Shown piece after piece: positions 1 to 12,118 of a stretch of 64,000 bases of DNA; position 1 is the stretch's first letter; every line of letters begins with the position of its first letter. The position numbers and the translations under genes are program-made. Source of the DNA: Octopus sinensis. Taxonomy: Eukaryota. The stretch covers positions 162,998,001 through 163,062,000 of the forward strand of contig NC_042997.1 in assembly GCF_006345805.1 (NCBI RefSeq), written 5' to 3'. The notes below the pieces were generated by a model. That model was not told the DNA's origin, ran no database searches, and worked only from the letters and a program-made list of their open reading frames with translations.

Positions 1-80
1 ATGCCAAAGTTTGGTACCAACCCCTCTGCATATCTTCCATTTTTGCTCCAGTCTCTCTCAGTAGCTGTTCTATTGATGCA

Positions 81-113
<33 letters not shown>

Positions 114-2296
114 GCTATAGTTGAAGGACACTTGCTGAACATGCTGTACAATGGGACTGAACCTAGGAGAGAAGTAAGGTGAACCTGGTTGAGAAGTAAG
201 CTTCTTACCCATGTTTTGTAAATACACAAACTGCTGAGCTTTTGTGTGTGTGTGTGTGTGTGTACACAAATACATAAACATTTTTCTTCGTGTTTATGAA
301 TGTTCATACAAGTATAATATATAGTCTGCATGTGTTTACAAGTGTGTGCATGTATTTATGTTTATGCACATGCATTTTCAAGTACATATTTGCATCTGTT
401 TGTGCATGTGGGTATGTCTATGTACTTGTGTGTGTGTGTGAGTGAGTAAAACTAAAACAAGAAATAGGAAAGATGTTCCTTCTTATATATATATATATAT
501 ACTCCAGACTTTTCAAAAGTGACCTACATGCACGTGCACACACATCTGTGCGTGCCTACAAAGAACAGTTAATAACATGTGATCCCTGAGTGATTTACCA
601 CCAAATTAAATATCACCAGAACATTTCTGAAGCCTAATCAGTTAAGAGAGATCTGTACGAACGTCATAGATAACAATTTGTTCTAAAACCTCAAAAATCT
701 TACTTCAAAGTCTGATAAGAACTGAAGTATATCTTCAAAACTCAACTGATTACGTCAAAGCAAGATATCTAGCATTTAGTAGGTAAATTGCAGATGTATT
801 AACATAAGGCTCCGACAGAAATGAAGTCTGCATCACGAATGCCCCTATTTTACCTACATTTTTATCTAGTTCAAACCATTGATATATATTTTGTCTTTTA
901 TAAAATCATTACCACCTGCTTACTACTAGATTCTGTCAAGGGGTTATATTATACGTGATAGGGTGTGTGAAGACGTCAGAAGCACTAGAAATAGCAAGAA
1001 ATTGTAGCTAATTATCCTTCACTCATACACCATCATCTTAAAGAGGACATTTAGGTAAATATATCTATAGATATACAATGGTTGAGTGTGAGTGGGGAGA
1101 GGAGAATGAAAGCTTATAAACATAGATTTACTGAATCAGGCAGGGGTCAACAACAGATTGTGCATGTGTGTCTTACACACACACACAAGTTTTGGTAGAT
1201 AGGAAAAAAAAAAACGAAACTTACTCTTTCAAGCATTAAGAGATGAAGCTAAATTATAATTAATTATAGTTAGCATTTCCTTATTCTTTAATATCCAATA
1301 ATTTCCAAAACAGGAGCTGTTGAGCTTCAAGTCACCCCTTATCAAGCAGTGATCATACCATCTTTTATTGAAACAGGCTAGCTAAGGCAGTAGTGTATAA
1401 TTTGAGAGAATTTGGCTTCTATTTCTAGAAGGCCAGATGTTACATTGAGGTGGGATTTTTGTCAGGAATTCCTTTCAGCTGTAACATCATGGATATTACA
1501 CTGGCTCAAAGATGGAATGAATGATTGATAGGATGCCTGTCTGTTTGTAATAACTAAAATAATAAGCAAAAGGCTGGTGCATGCCACCAAGCTACACTCA
1601 CTTGCAAGTGATTGTGTGCATGTGTGTTATTGAAAATATAATTCCTTACCATTTTCTGATGAACGTGAAAGCAATAAAACAAAATTCTATTGCTTTTAAC
1701 ACAATACAAAGTTGCTGACATCCATACCACATGTATGTAGTTAGCCCGCAAAGTATATAGCTAAACATTAAAATTAGTTAGGAGTGATTTGCTTTTCCAT
1801 AACAATCATAGTAAACATCAACTACAAATGCAATCAGTTAACAGACAACATACAAACATCCATACGAAACATGTTAATGTATTTCATATAAACATGTAAC
1901 ATATCCATTACACAGCAAACACTTGCCATCACTTAATGATCCCCACAAACTATATAAATTTGAACCAACAGATGCCACTTAACTATGTAATATGAAAATT
2001 TGTTTTAAGTCCATTTTTCCAAGCTAGTGTAGGGTTAAATGAGTACATATCATTAAGACTTTTACAACCAGATGCTTCTAATTACTAACTTTCACCTATC
2101 AATCAAGTAAAGGATTTTTTTAATTTTAATTTCATTTCACATGCCTTTCAAAGTACAGTGCTATAAAACAAATTGTTAACAGGATTTGTCAAAAAAAATC
2201 AACTGTTGTAGCCCAACACTATTTCCAACAAACAAAGAATGTAAATATTCACACAAACATACACGTGTGTGTGTGTGTTCAATACACACACACACA

Positions 2297-2901
2297 CAAC
2301 ATGTAACGAAAGTGATAAAAACCAAACATCCAGTCAACATCATAGTGTTTGGAGTGATCACTAGTGATGGCAACATTATGCCTCCATTCATCTTCTCACA
2401 CAACTTCAGACTCAATATGGAGGCCTATATCAAGTGCCTGGAGGTGGCTGCTGGAAGACCCTATGTCTGGCAACAGGACTCTGCACCATGCCACATAAGC
2501 AAGAGCACCCAGTCATGGCTATCAGATAATTTCTGCAACCACATCACTCCTAACATCTGGCCACTTAACTCCCTGGGCAGTAACCCTCTTGATTATTATG
2601 TGTGGGGCACAATTGAGCAAGAGACCAACAAAACTCCTTGTAACACCAAAGATGTACTGAAAGCAAGGATTATGGCAGCATTCACCAACTTAAACAAGGA
2701 GACCATCCAGAAGAGTTGCAGGAGTTTCCAAAGTCGTCTGGAGGCCATGGTTGAAGCCAATGGTGATTTTATTGACTAAATTTACTCTTTAGTATTTCAA
2801 GATGTTTTTATGTAATTTTGGTAAATATATCTGTTAAAATAAGATTTCAGTGTTATTTTCATTTTGCATAATTTAGATGACAATATATTCACCATACCCT
2901 G
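2297..2901 (+). mobile_element. 5'-truncated Tc1/mariner-superfamily transposon, DD37D (maT/Bmmar1-like)
   Basis: ORF 2186-2779 encodes a catalytic C-terminal half (VWQQDSAPCH...NPLDYYVW) with 37 residues between the last two Asp. The right end reads ...ataccctg followed by TA (2902-2903). The left part is lost at a CA/TG microsatellite. Confidence 0.88.
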
Positions 2902-2966
2902 TATACAAACACACGCATGCATTTTCCATCTACTAAGTCCACTCACAGGATATTTATGTATTTCAC

Positions 2967-3178
2967 TACTGCCCGCAAGGGGCTAAACACAGAGGGGACA
3001 AACGGATTATGTCGATTACATCGACCCCAGGGCGTAACTGGTACTTAATTTATCGACCTCGAAAAGATGAAAGGCAAAGTCGACCTCGGTGGAATTTGAA
3101 CTCAGAACGTAACGGCAGACGAAATACGGCTACGCATTTCGCATGGCGTGCTAACGAGTCTGCCAGCTTGCCGCCTTA
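2967..3178 (-). mobile_element. tRNA-derived SINE, family here called C, young copy
   Basis: The reverse strand starts taaggcggcaagctggcag and carries a B-box-like gagttcaaattcc. Related copies lie at ~5740-6030, 11050-11272, 24505-24660, 24740-24870, 53095-53300 and, inverted, ~7600-7790 and ~38820-38960. Confidence 0.8.
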
Positions 3179-3409
3179 CAGGATATTATTGGCTCCCAGT
3201 TACAATAGAAGGCACAAGCTCCAGGTGCCCCAGTGGCAAGGACTCAACACCTTATGGGCAAGAAGAGAACGTCTCAACCACACAACCGCATGTGGCACCT
3301 TGCCACAGATGAGCTGAAACCAAAATCATATGTATTCATGGGAAAGTAAAGTATATGTTAAGAAAGATATGAATGAACATTACATGTAAATATAGAAGTA
3401 GATATTTAC

Positions 3410-3541
3410 CATATTTAGACTGTTGGAAGTCTGCAATGACCCTAAGAATATTATTCATATGTATCCTCCGTGGATGGCTTTCTAGACCTCCTGAGTGTGG
3501 ATGAGCAACATCTATGTAGATCAAGTCAGTTAGGTGCAACC
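3410..3541 (-). CDS. RalGPS: RalGPS coding exon (C-terminal part of CDC25/RasGEF domain), phase 1-1
   Basis: Bounded by tatag| and |gtaaat; 132 nt. Translates (G)[43 protein letters not shown], matching vertebrate RALGPS GIYLxDLxYIDSAYP...MNNILRIIxDxQ. Confidence 0.95.
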
Positions 3542-4694
3542 CTATAATAGAGAATAATTAAATAAGCATACAGTATCAAAACAAAGGATATTTTTACATG
3601 GTTATCCGAGCTACTAGGAATAGTAGCTAAATATCCTTTAATCATACATCATCATCTTAAAAAGGGAGGAACATACATATATAATTATAGATATATGATA
3701 GTTGGTTAAATTCTGAAATTTTTGAGAATATGCTATAACAACAAAATCGAATTTATATGTAATTTAAAGAATGTTTCCATGACAGAATTGTTTAAAAAAT
3801 AAAAAGAAAAGATTAATTCTCTCAAGTAAGAACAGTAAGTATATTCTGTATTCTGAATCAAATGCTGCTTCATTCTCTGATAAACTTCCTTAAATCTTCT
3901 AGAAATGATAAGCCTCTTGATACTTCAGACAAAATTTAGCCTAAGGCTTGAAAGCTAGTGTTGGCTAACTGAATAAGCATATCAAACTTACACATACAAT
4001 TCCATGCACAAAGAAATCTTTGTTTGTTTGTTCAATTGTTTATCATCCAGTTTTCCATGCTAGTTTGAGTTTCAATGGAGATATATTTGAGGTAGGATTT
4101 TTTTATGGCGAGATGTTCATTTTGTTGCTAACTCTTACCCATTTTTCAAGAGATATCTTCATTCCACAGGTCTTCAAAAAGCATACAGTGATTGATCATA
4201 ATGTCAACAAGGAATCAGCACCATTTCTCTCCAGTGATGACGAGCAAAAAACTTTTAAACATTGATGAACATGAGCACATATACATACATGATGGGTTTC
4301 TTGCAGTTTCCATCCACCAATTCCCTTCATATAACATTGATCAGCTTGGGGCTATATTAGAAGACAAATGCCCTATGCACCCATGTAATGGGACTGAACT
4401 CAAAACCATATGTTACTAAACAAACTTCACAACCACACGGCCATGTCTGCACTTATTAGTTGAAACTGAACATAACTATTCTACACCAATGTTGTAATCA
4501 GTCTATTTATTCACTATATTTTTTTTTATCTCCAATAATATTTTACTGAAATATTTTTCAAGTCAACAATGCCCCACCCATCAAATAAACAGCCAACAGT
4601 AAACACAATTATACAGAAGCACTCAAGTCATAACAATGCATTAATCAAGTCTTGTGTTGAAAACAATACATGACATAAAACAGTGCACACTAAC

Positions 4695-4818
4695 CTAAAT
4701 AAGGAATGCATGGCAATTTGACGTGATCCATGTAATCTCGTAACTTTTGTCGGTTGTTGTTCTCAGAGAAGAGGTCTGCTATCTTTTCATAGGAGGATTT
4801 ATCTTTTCGAGACAACAT
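4695..4818 (-). CDS. RalGPS: RalGPS coding exon, phase 0-1
   Basis: Bounded by ttttcag| and |gttagt; 124 nt. Translates MLSRKDKSSYEKIADLFSENNNRQKLRDYMDHVKLPCIPYL(G), matching RALGPS LLSRKDKTTFEKL...PCIPYLG. Confidence 0.95.
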
Positions 4819-6305
4819 CTGAAAATTTACAGAAAATGAGATTAATGAGGTAACTGATATTAGATATTTCAGGAATTATATTTATTAGTTAAAAAAAAAA
4901 AAAAAAGAAAAAGAAAAAAAAATCACAAATTATGAAGGTTTCACGTATCATTTTGAAAAAAAAGATGTATGAATTAGTAAGAGTAGTGACAGGATAATAA
5001 TAATAATCATAACAAAGAAATATAACAATTATTTCTTTAACATTCAAGATTACCCTGTCAAATGTAATACTTATTTACATTGTTTTGAATTAATTATGCA
5101 TTACCTCAATGCATAAAGATTTCAATGATCTGATTGCTTATTTTTTCGAATAACATTGTAAGGTAGGTGTGAGCAGTCAGATCTGGCCTCTTTGAACATA
5201 AAACAGGTGGAACATTTGGTCATAAGATGGCTAGTTCAAATTTGAATGGGTTCCAGCAATAGTCTACTTAAGAAATATTGCCCTACAATTTATCAAATGT
5301 TATTTAATTTAAGTAATACTCTAATTACAATTAGCTGTCATGATCACCAAGAGTTGTAATTTATAAGTTACAGAAGAAATGGCAGTGCTCATTACCTCTG
5401 AGGTCCTTCCCAAACTGGAATAACTGGAAGGTTTAAATTTATTAATTGCTCATCAAGACTTTCATAATTATTCAATTTGTAAACAAATCTTAACCATTAA
5501 GTATTGTTAGTTAAGAACATAAACCACAACAAAACCCGACCTATTTCTTTAGGGATTCCCACAAATAAAACAACTTTTTCATCACAGATATCTGTGAGCA
5601 TTCTTGATTTTTCAAATCTTCCATGATTTGGATGATGTAAAGTTTCTGACAATATAATCAAAGCTATAAATAAAACTGAAGTGGATCACAGCTGCAGGGA
5701 GTATGTTTTATTGGTAATACAACTAGTAAAATACATTGGTTTCAAATTTTAGCACAAGGTCAGCAATTTTAGAGGGGAGGGGGTTAGTTAGTAACACTGA
5801 CCATCCACGTTTAAGAGGGGATAATATTACCTCTCAGTATTAATATCACCTCAGTCACTAATATATATCTTTTAACAAGCTCACTGGTACTTTATTTTTA
5901 ATCGACCCCAAAAGGGTGAAAAGCAAAGGTGACCTCAGCAGGATTTGAAACCTGAACATAAAGAGCCAGAAGAAATGCAACTAAGCATATTGTCAGGCAT
6001 GCTAACAATCATACCAGCTCACCACCTTTCCCAACCAAATTATAATAATACTAGCTGAACATGTGCCATCAATAATGACGGCTAATTGTAATATTTTATG
6101 TATAAATAAGGTGCAAAATAAGGTACATAATAATCACACATACATTCATATACTTCCCTCGTACACACACACATACATTGAGTTCAAATGCTGATTATTT
6201 TTCACCCCTTCCTTTCTCTCACTCCCTCTCAGTCAGGGCTATTACTCTCACTACTTCTCCTTCACAAAATTACTATTTTCTCTCCTCCTCACGTCCAGCA
6301 TGATT

Positions 6306-6445
6306 CTGGACAGGAAGGGCATCCAGCTGTAGAAACTCTGCCAGATCAGAGTGGAGCCTGGTGCAGCCCCTGGCTTCCCAGACCCCGGTCGAACCGTCCA
6401 ACCCGTGCTAGCGCGGAAAGCGGACGTTAAACGATGATGATGATA
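6306..6445 (+). mobile_element. SINE 3' portion, family here called B, with (TGA)n tail
   Basis: Reads aggaagggcatccagctgtagaaactctgcc...gcggacgttaaacgatgatgatga. Related copies lie at ~9860-10245, 13380-13540, 30420-30810, 34025-34272, 44085-44310 and 63660-63790 (+), and ~18250-18450, 29060-29260, 47033-47712, 53445-53600, 60545-60690 and 62130-62330 (-). Confidence 0.85.
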
Positions 6446-9400
6446 TATAATACAAATATATAAAAACACTATGCTCATTATTATATTAGGAGATTGGGTT
6501 TTGAATATATGGTTTCAGATCAAAATTCTTGCAAAACAAATTTTCAAATATGAATACATGATAATCAAATAATTCAGTATTGCTGCTATTGATGACAAAC
6601 ATAAATAGAACTTAAAATGTGAACCCATTAGATTAATGTAGCCAAAGATGCTCTTAACCTGTTTGTAACCATATTTCTGTTGGAATACACTGCCTTCATT
6701 TCAATTCATTTTGAAAATTACAAAGAATTTAGTAAACTATGTTTGGGACATATATTAACAGGAAAATTTGACAGAAGGTTTTAAACTGGCAATATCCGAC
6801 CTGGATATTCTAATTGTTTTATGTTCAAACTAGCCAGATTCAGCCTCTCACACCTACCCTGCAATGACATTCTAAAAGTAAGCAGTCACATTATCAAAAT
6901 CTTGAAGTCATGAGATAATATAGGATTAATTTTATAAAATGCAAATAAGTAAGCATTATATTTAACAAAGGTAATCTGAATACTAAAGAGTGAAAAAAAG
7001 GATTGTATTGTAGAAGCAGGAGTGGTTGCAGGCAGGTGGATATTAAAGAGGTTGGGTGACAGATTATCACAGAATGCCTTTGGTCTTTTGGGCAAGACAG
7101 TTCAAGATTGACAAAGAGCTTAACAATAACACAAAAGAACCAATCTTAACACAATAGATTAGAAATTCATACCCTCAGAGAAACTTCAAACTAAGAAGTA
7201 AAGGCAGTTACTTGGGTCATAACTGTATGAAATATCTAACTTCTAACTTAGAAATTTATCCTCACATACAGTGCTTTAAATTGCATAAACCAACATACAA
7301 ATTCTGAAGAAAACATTGTTTTACTGGGTATTTACTAAAAGAATTTAAATGAAACAATGTCTGTAAATTGAGAGAGAGAGAGCATAATGTTCAGTCTGTT
7401 TGTTCATTTATTCAATAAAATAAGACTAGTTTCTATAAAACAATCCAAAGACTTCTATAACTCATATACACACATATAAAGACATTGAATTCTTTTTCAA
7501 CCAAAATCTTCCGGTTGGGGTGTGTCATATTTTCCTTTCAAAGTAGGAATGGCATTTTACATTTTATATTTTGTTTAAAAAAAACAGTTGAGGAGCAAAT
7601 AATTGTAGGACAGAGATGGGGGGAGGGTAGCAACACTGGCTGAGTCATTAAAGCATCAGATAGACTGCATTGCAATATTTTTACCCCAAACCTTTGCATT
7701 CAGAGTTCAAATCCTACTGGAGTCAACTTTGCTTTGCAACTTTGCTTTTGAGCTGATAAATAACTATCTTCCAATTCTCTGTGGTGTCAATAAATGAAGT
7801 AGCAACCCTCGTTCTCCTCAGCTGTCACATCCTGGATGTTCTGCTTGGCCAAGAGTGGGTGACCCGAAAGGGTACCTACATTTGCTCATGACTACATGGC
7901 CAACAGAAATAATTAGCAAAAGCATGGAACATGCAACAAAGTGATCTGCAATTTTCAGCTGTAATACATATACACACACAAACATATATACCTATCCTGG
8001 AAATATCAATGTTGCCTTTTACATAAGTATGAAGTGTAAGACTTACGATGGTAACACTTTTACCAGGGTTATTAATAGCATGATGAAAATGAAGTGGCTA
8101 CAATCAGGAATTAAAACCAGATTTTAAACACAGCTCAGTGTTAGCTTGCCATTATTCTATGCCACTTGCCAATTTTTAATTCTTAAAATGACTGAAATTT
8201 TACAAAATTAAAAATAAAAACATTAAATGTTGGTTTGTGTGGTTTTGAAATCTGACCCATTTTGTAAATAGTACAATGTAGTTTTTTGTTTTTTTTTAAG
8301 CATTGCCTCCCCAGCAGCAGCCACCACCACCACCTCTATAACAGCAACAGCCCTATGTTCACACTAATGGCTGTCTTGTATTAGATGACAGCATAAAAAA
8401 AAAAAAAAAAGAGTGGTGGGAGTTTAGAATTTCAATTATAAAGAATGAGTGATTAACAAACATGCTTTTCTAATAGGGAGCCCCCTTTTTTTTTCTTTGC
8501 TTCATCAATCAATGTATTTTTTTTAAAACAAGCCTCATGGTCTGTTTATTTTTGTCCTGTTTTTCTTTTTCTTTCTCTATTTTGATTAACAGTTCCTACA
8601 AAACAGTATCATATTAACAGTATATTAATGAATACTGAAAATAATTTTGCTGCAATTGTTTTTCTCCAGTGGAAACAAAATATCATGCCACTTACACATG
8701 CTAATCTAACTTCTCAACTTCCAGATACTTGCTTTCTGATTACGTCATTGTCATTTTAAGTGTGTGTGTAAATCGAGTTCCAAAGCTAATCTAAATTCCA
8801 TGTAGTTTGACCAATATTGACATTTTAAAAAATTAGTTGCAATATGGAATATACTGATTGAATTAGAGCTAACTTGAGTCAGCTCTAATTCTATGATGAA
8901 AATATGTTTTAAGCATAAACATCCTCCTGTTCCCCACTCCCCAGTTATAATGAATCTAGGAATACATTATGCAATGTGTCCATTTTTTTCATTATCAAAA
9001 GATGTGAATCATAGGGAGATTTAGCTGCTATTTGTATCAGGTTATTTTACATGGTCTCCCATCCAATCAGGCTCCTTGTTATATTGGCTGATGGTAAGTT
9101 TTATTGTGGCCATACTAGTGATTCAATGTCTAGAACATTACATAATTGTCACCTGTAAGTCCTAGTAATATTTCTGTCAATTTAAGAAATTATCTAGGAA
9201 TTTCATTGTTTTTTGGAGATTATTTCTTTCACTAGTATGTCACTTTCAAGTGAAACTTTCCTTCTAAGAAAACCATTAACACTAACACTTTACTACTAAT
9301 CTTGACCTCTACCTGATCTAAGCTATACGACAAATTTAACTAGTTATTATCTATCTATAAACATCCTTTTCTAAAATAGCACAAACCAACCATACATACA

Positions 9401-11380
9401 TACAAAGAATCTTGATTAGTCAAAAGGAAAATATTTCAACCAAGACAAATTATCACTTGAATATGATACACCTGTCTACTCCTTTACTTTCAAGCCCTAC
9501 TGAACCTTAAATAACAAAATTCCACTATCAAACCAGAATAAATGTCTTCACCATCCCTTTCTCTCAACGCACACACATACACAATACAAATACATACTTT
9601 CTTCCAATCCTTCTCACACAAGCCTTTCCATTTGCCTACAAAACATATAATTCTCAATAACATTATCCCTCCTATCAAAGGGTATCCTTCTAAAAACTAT
9701 ATAAAGCCACAGTATGATGCCACCTGGTAAGCCAAATCTTAAGTCATTTCAACTTTTTACTTGTAAAAATGAATAAATAAATACTGTACTAAAAAGTATT
9801 GAATAATCATTCAATTTAATGTTAAATTCTTTTCTGTATAACCCTTCAAACATTAGGCAATATGATGTGCTGAGAAGACATGTCAAGCTAAGTGAAATCA
9901 TAGTCATGGCTGATGCCAGTACCATCTGACTGTCATGTAAAAAGTACTGTTTGAGTGCTGGACCTCACAGATGCAGAGAGAGGTGACCGAGACCTTTTGT
10001 GATATACCATGCTTGTGTAGACCTTTCAAACCAAGTGACATCATAGTCATGGCTGATGCCAGTGGTCACATCAGTGGCATGTAAAAAACACCCACTGCAT
10101 TTGGAGTGGTTGGCATTAGGAAGGGCATCCAGCCATAGAAACCTTGCCAAATGAGATTGGAATCTGGTGCAGCTCCCCTGCTTACCAGTTTTCAGTCAAC
10201 AGCCCAACGCATGCCAGCATCAAAAGCAGATGTATGATGGTGATTACATAAAAATACACACACATCAAATGGAGGAAGAAAGATATGTACTGAGCATCAG
10301 ATGAATATTAATATCAAAGGGCTAAAACATTAAGAGATATCTCCTTTCAATATATCCACTACCATTTCTCATCTCCAGTCTCTACCTATCATTATCTTTT
10401 ATTAGCAACATTTAGAGAAAGGAGAAGTGCCCATCAGAGACCAATGAGATTAATACTTAATTACTCATGACAGTCTCCACTCTTTTACCTCCTATAACAA
10501 TCTCTTCTTCACAACATCATAACAAAAAAAAAAAAACAGGAACATGTGGACTCCACATGCCAAACTGCAGGTAACCAGTCTTTGAAGGTAGTAATTCAGA
10601 CTAAGTACTGATAAAGAGTAGAGAGATCACTTTAATCGTGTTGCAGCTCCCTCTTTAGAGCCAGTGTCAAAATAAAATGCACCCAACCAACATTGAAAAG
10701 TAGTTGGTAATACAAAAAAGACAAAATGAAGAACTATTGAAAAAAATGTGGACTCCTCAAGTTCAAATGCAGGTTACAGGTTTATGAGTACAATAACTCA
10801 GAATGAGAACCGATACAGACTAGAAGGTATTTTTCTGTCCAGTTACAAACAATGTCTCTAGAGACAATGGTATGATAAAATGCACCCAGTCCATATTGTA
10901 CACATACACAACAGACTTGCCCCATTTTGTTTTTCCTGTTTTGTGTGTAAAATGTTAAATGACAATGGCAGGTGATAAGACATTGAGAAACCCATCCAAA
11001 TCATATAAACATGGGAAAATAAATGTAAAATGAAAATAATGATGATGATAAATATTTGCTTCAAATTTTGGCACAAGGCCAGCAATTTTGGGGGAGAGGA
11101 TAAGTCAATTACATCAACCCGAGCATTCAAGTTGTGCTTATTTTATTGACCCTGAAAGGATAAGAAGCAAAGTCAATTTCGGTAGAATTTGAACTCAGGG
11201 CGTAAAGACAGATGAAATACCACTAAGCATGTTGCTCAATATGCTAACGATTCTGCTAGCACACTGCCTTAATGATGACATATTACAAATGCATAACATA
11301 GATCGACTCAATCAGAGCTCACTAAGGCAACACAACAAAATATAAAAGCAAGTAACTAAAATCAGATGAATTCCACTTAC

Positions 11381-11473
11381 CATCCATGTCTTGGACAATC
11401 TGAATATTGCAGCACTCTGAAGAGCTGATAACACAGCCATCACTGAGTGTAAATTGTTCATGTCAAGTAATTT
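11381..11473 (-). CDS. RalGPS: RalGPS coding exon, phase 0-0
   Basis: Bounded by ttttatttcag| and |gtaagt; 93 nt. Translates [31 protein letters not shown], the RasGEF NNLHS...LQSAPIFRLxKTW motif. Confidence 0.96.
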
Positions 11474-12028
11474 CTGAAATAAAAGAAACAAAAAAGCCTT
11501 TACATGAGCATATGGGTGTTAATGAAGTTGCACAAATATACTTTTCACATAGTATATGCACACACATACAGATTTTAATGAAAAGAAAGCACTTAATCTC
11601 CTTGTAGGTTGAGCTTATTCTGTTACTCAAATCTGAAGAGTGGCCATACAACGGAGCCTCAACTTCAAATAAATAAACATTGGTGTTCAGTATTTTAATG
11701 TTACCCATAAACAGGCCAAATGGAGTTTCTATGCAGTCAGACAACCTGCAACTATGTCTTTCTCATGAGTATGTGATTGTTATTTGGCGCCATGCATATG
11801 TTGAATATGTGTTGTATGTTGCAAGCTGATTTGTATTTTGCAAATTATACTTATCCTAAATTACATGAAATACAACTCCTACCTAAGAAGTCATGATGGA
11901 TCTTATTTTTTCCCTAGTTTATTCCCCCTTCCTCTCACCTCTCTCTCACTCTTTATAGAAGCTTTCCAATCTTCATCACTCAATTCAGAATTAAAGAAAA
12001 ACAGCTCGATATTAAACAAGAAACTTAC

Positions 12029-12118
12029 TCTGGCTATTTTTATGAAGTGAGCTAATACTTCTGCTCTTGTTTTCAATGTTAAGCAGCTAAGAATTTCTCT
12101 CTGCACCCAGAAATTCAC
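12029..12118 (-). CDS. RalGPS: RalGPS coding exon, phase 0-0
   Basis: Bounded by ttcttttttcag| and |gtaagt; 90 nt. Translates VNFWVQREILSCLTLKTRAEVLAHFIKIAR, matching VSFWVVREILxAQTLKIRAEVLSHxxKxAK. Confidence 0.96.

Noticed and set aside
520-900. Possible decayed Penelope or other TE coding remnant
   Set aside because: The translations are protein-like, but I could not identify a diagnostic motif.
7858-7876. GAAA-tetraloop hairpin ggtgACCC-GAAA-GGGTacc
   Set aside because: It is an isolated 7-bp stem on the non-transcribed strand, with no larger ribozyme or ncRNA fold recognisable.
11407-11744. ORFs with [16 protein letters not shown] that first looked like a GIY-YIG endonuclease
   Set aside because: The segment overlaps the antisense of the real RalGPS exon 11381-11473 and its polypyrimidine tract; the likeness is coincidental.
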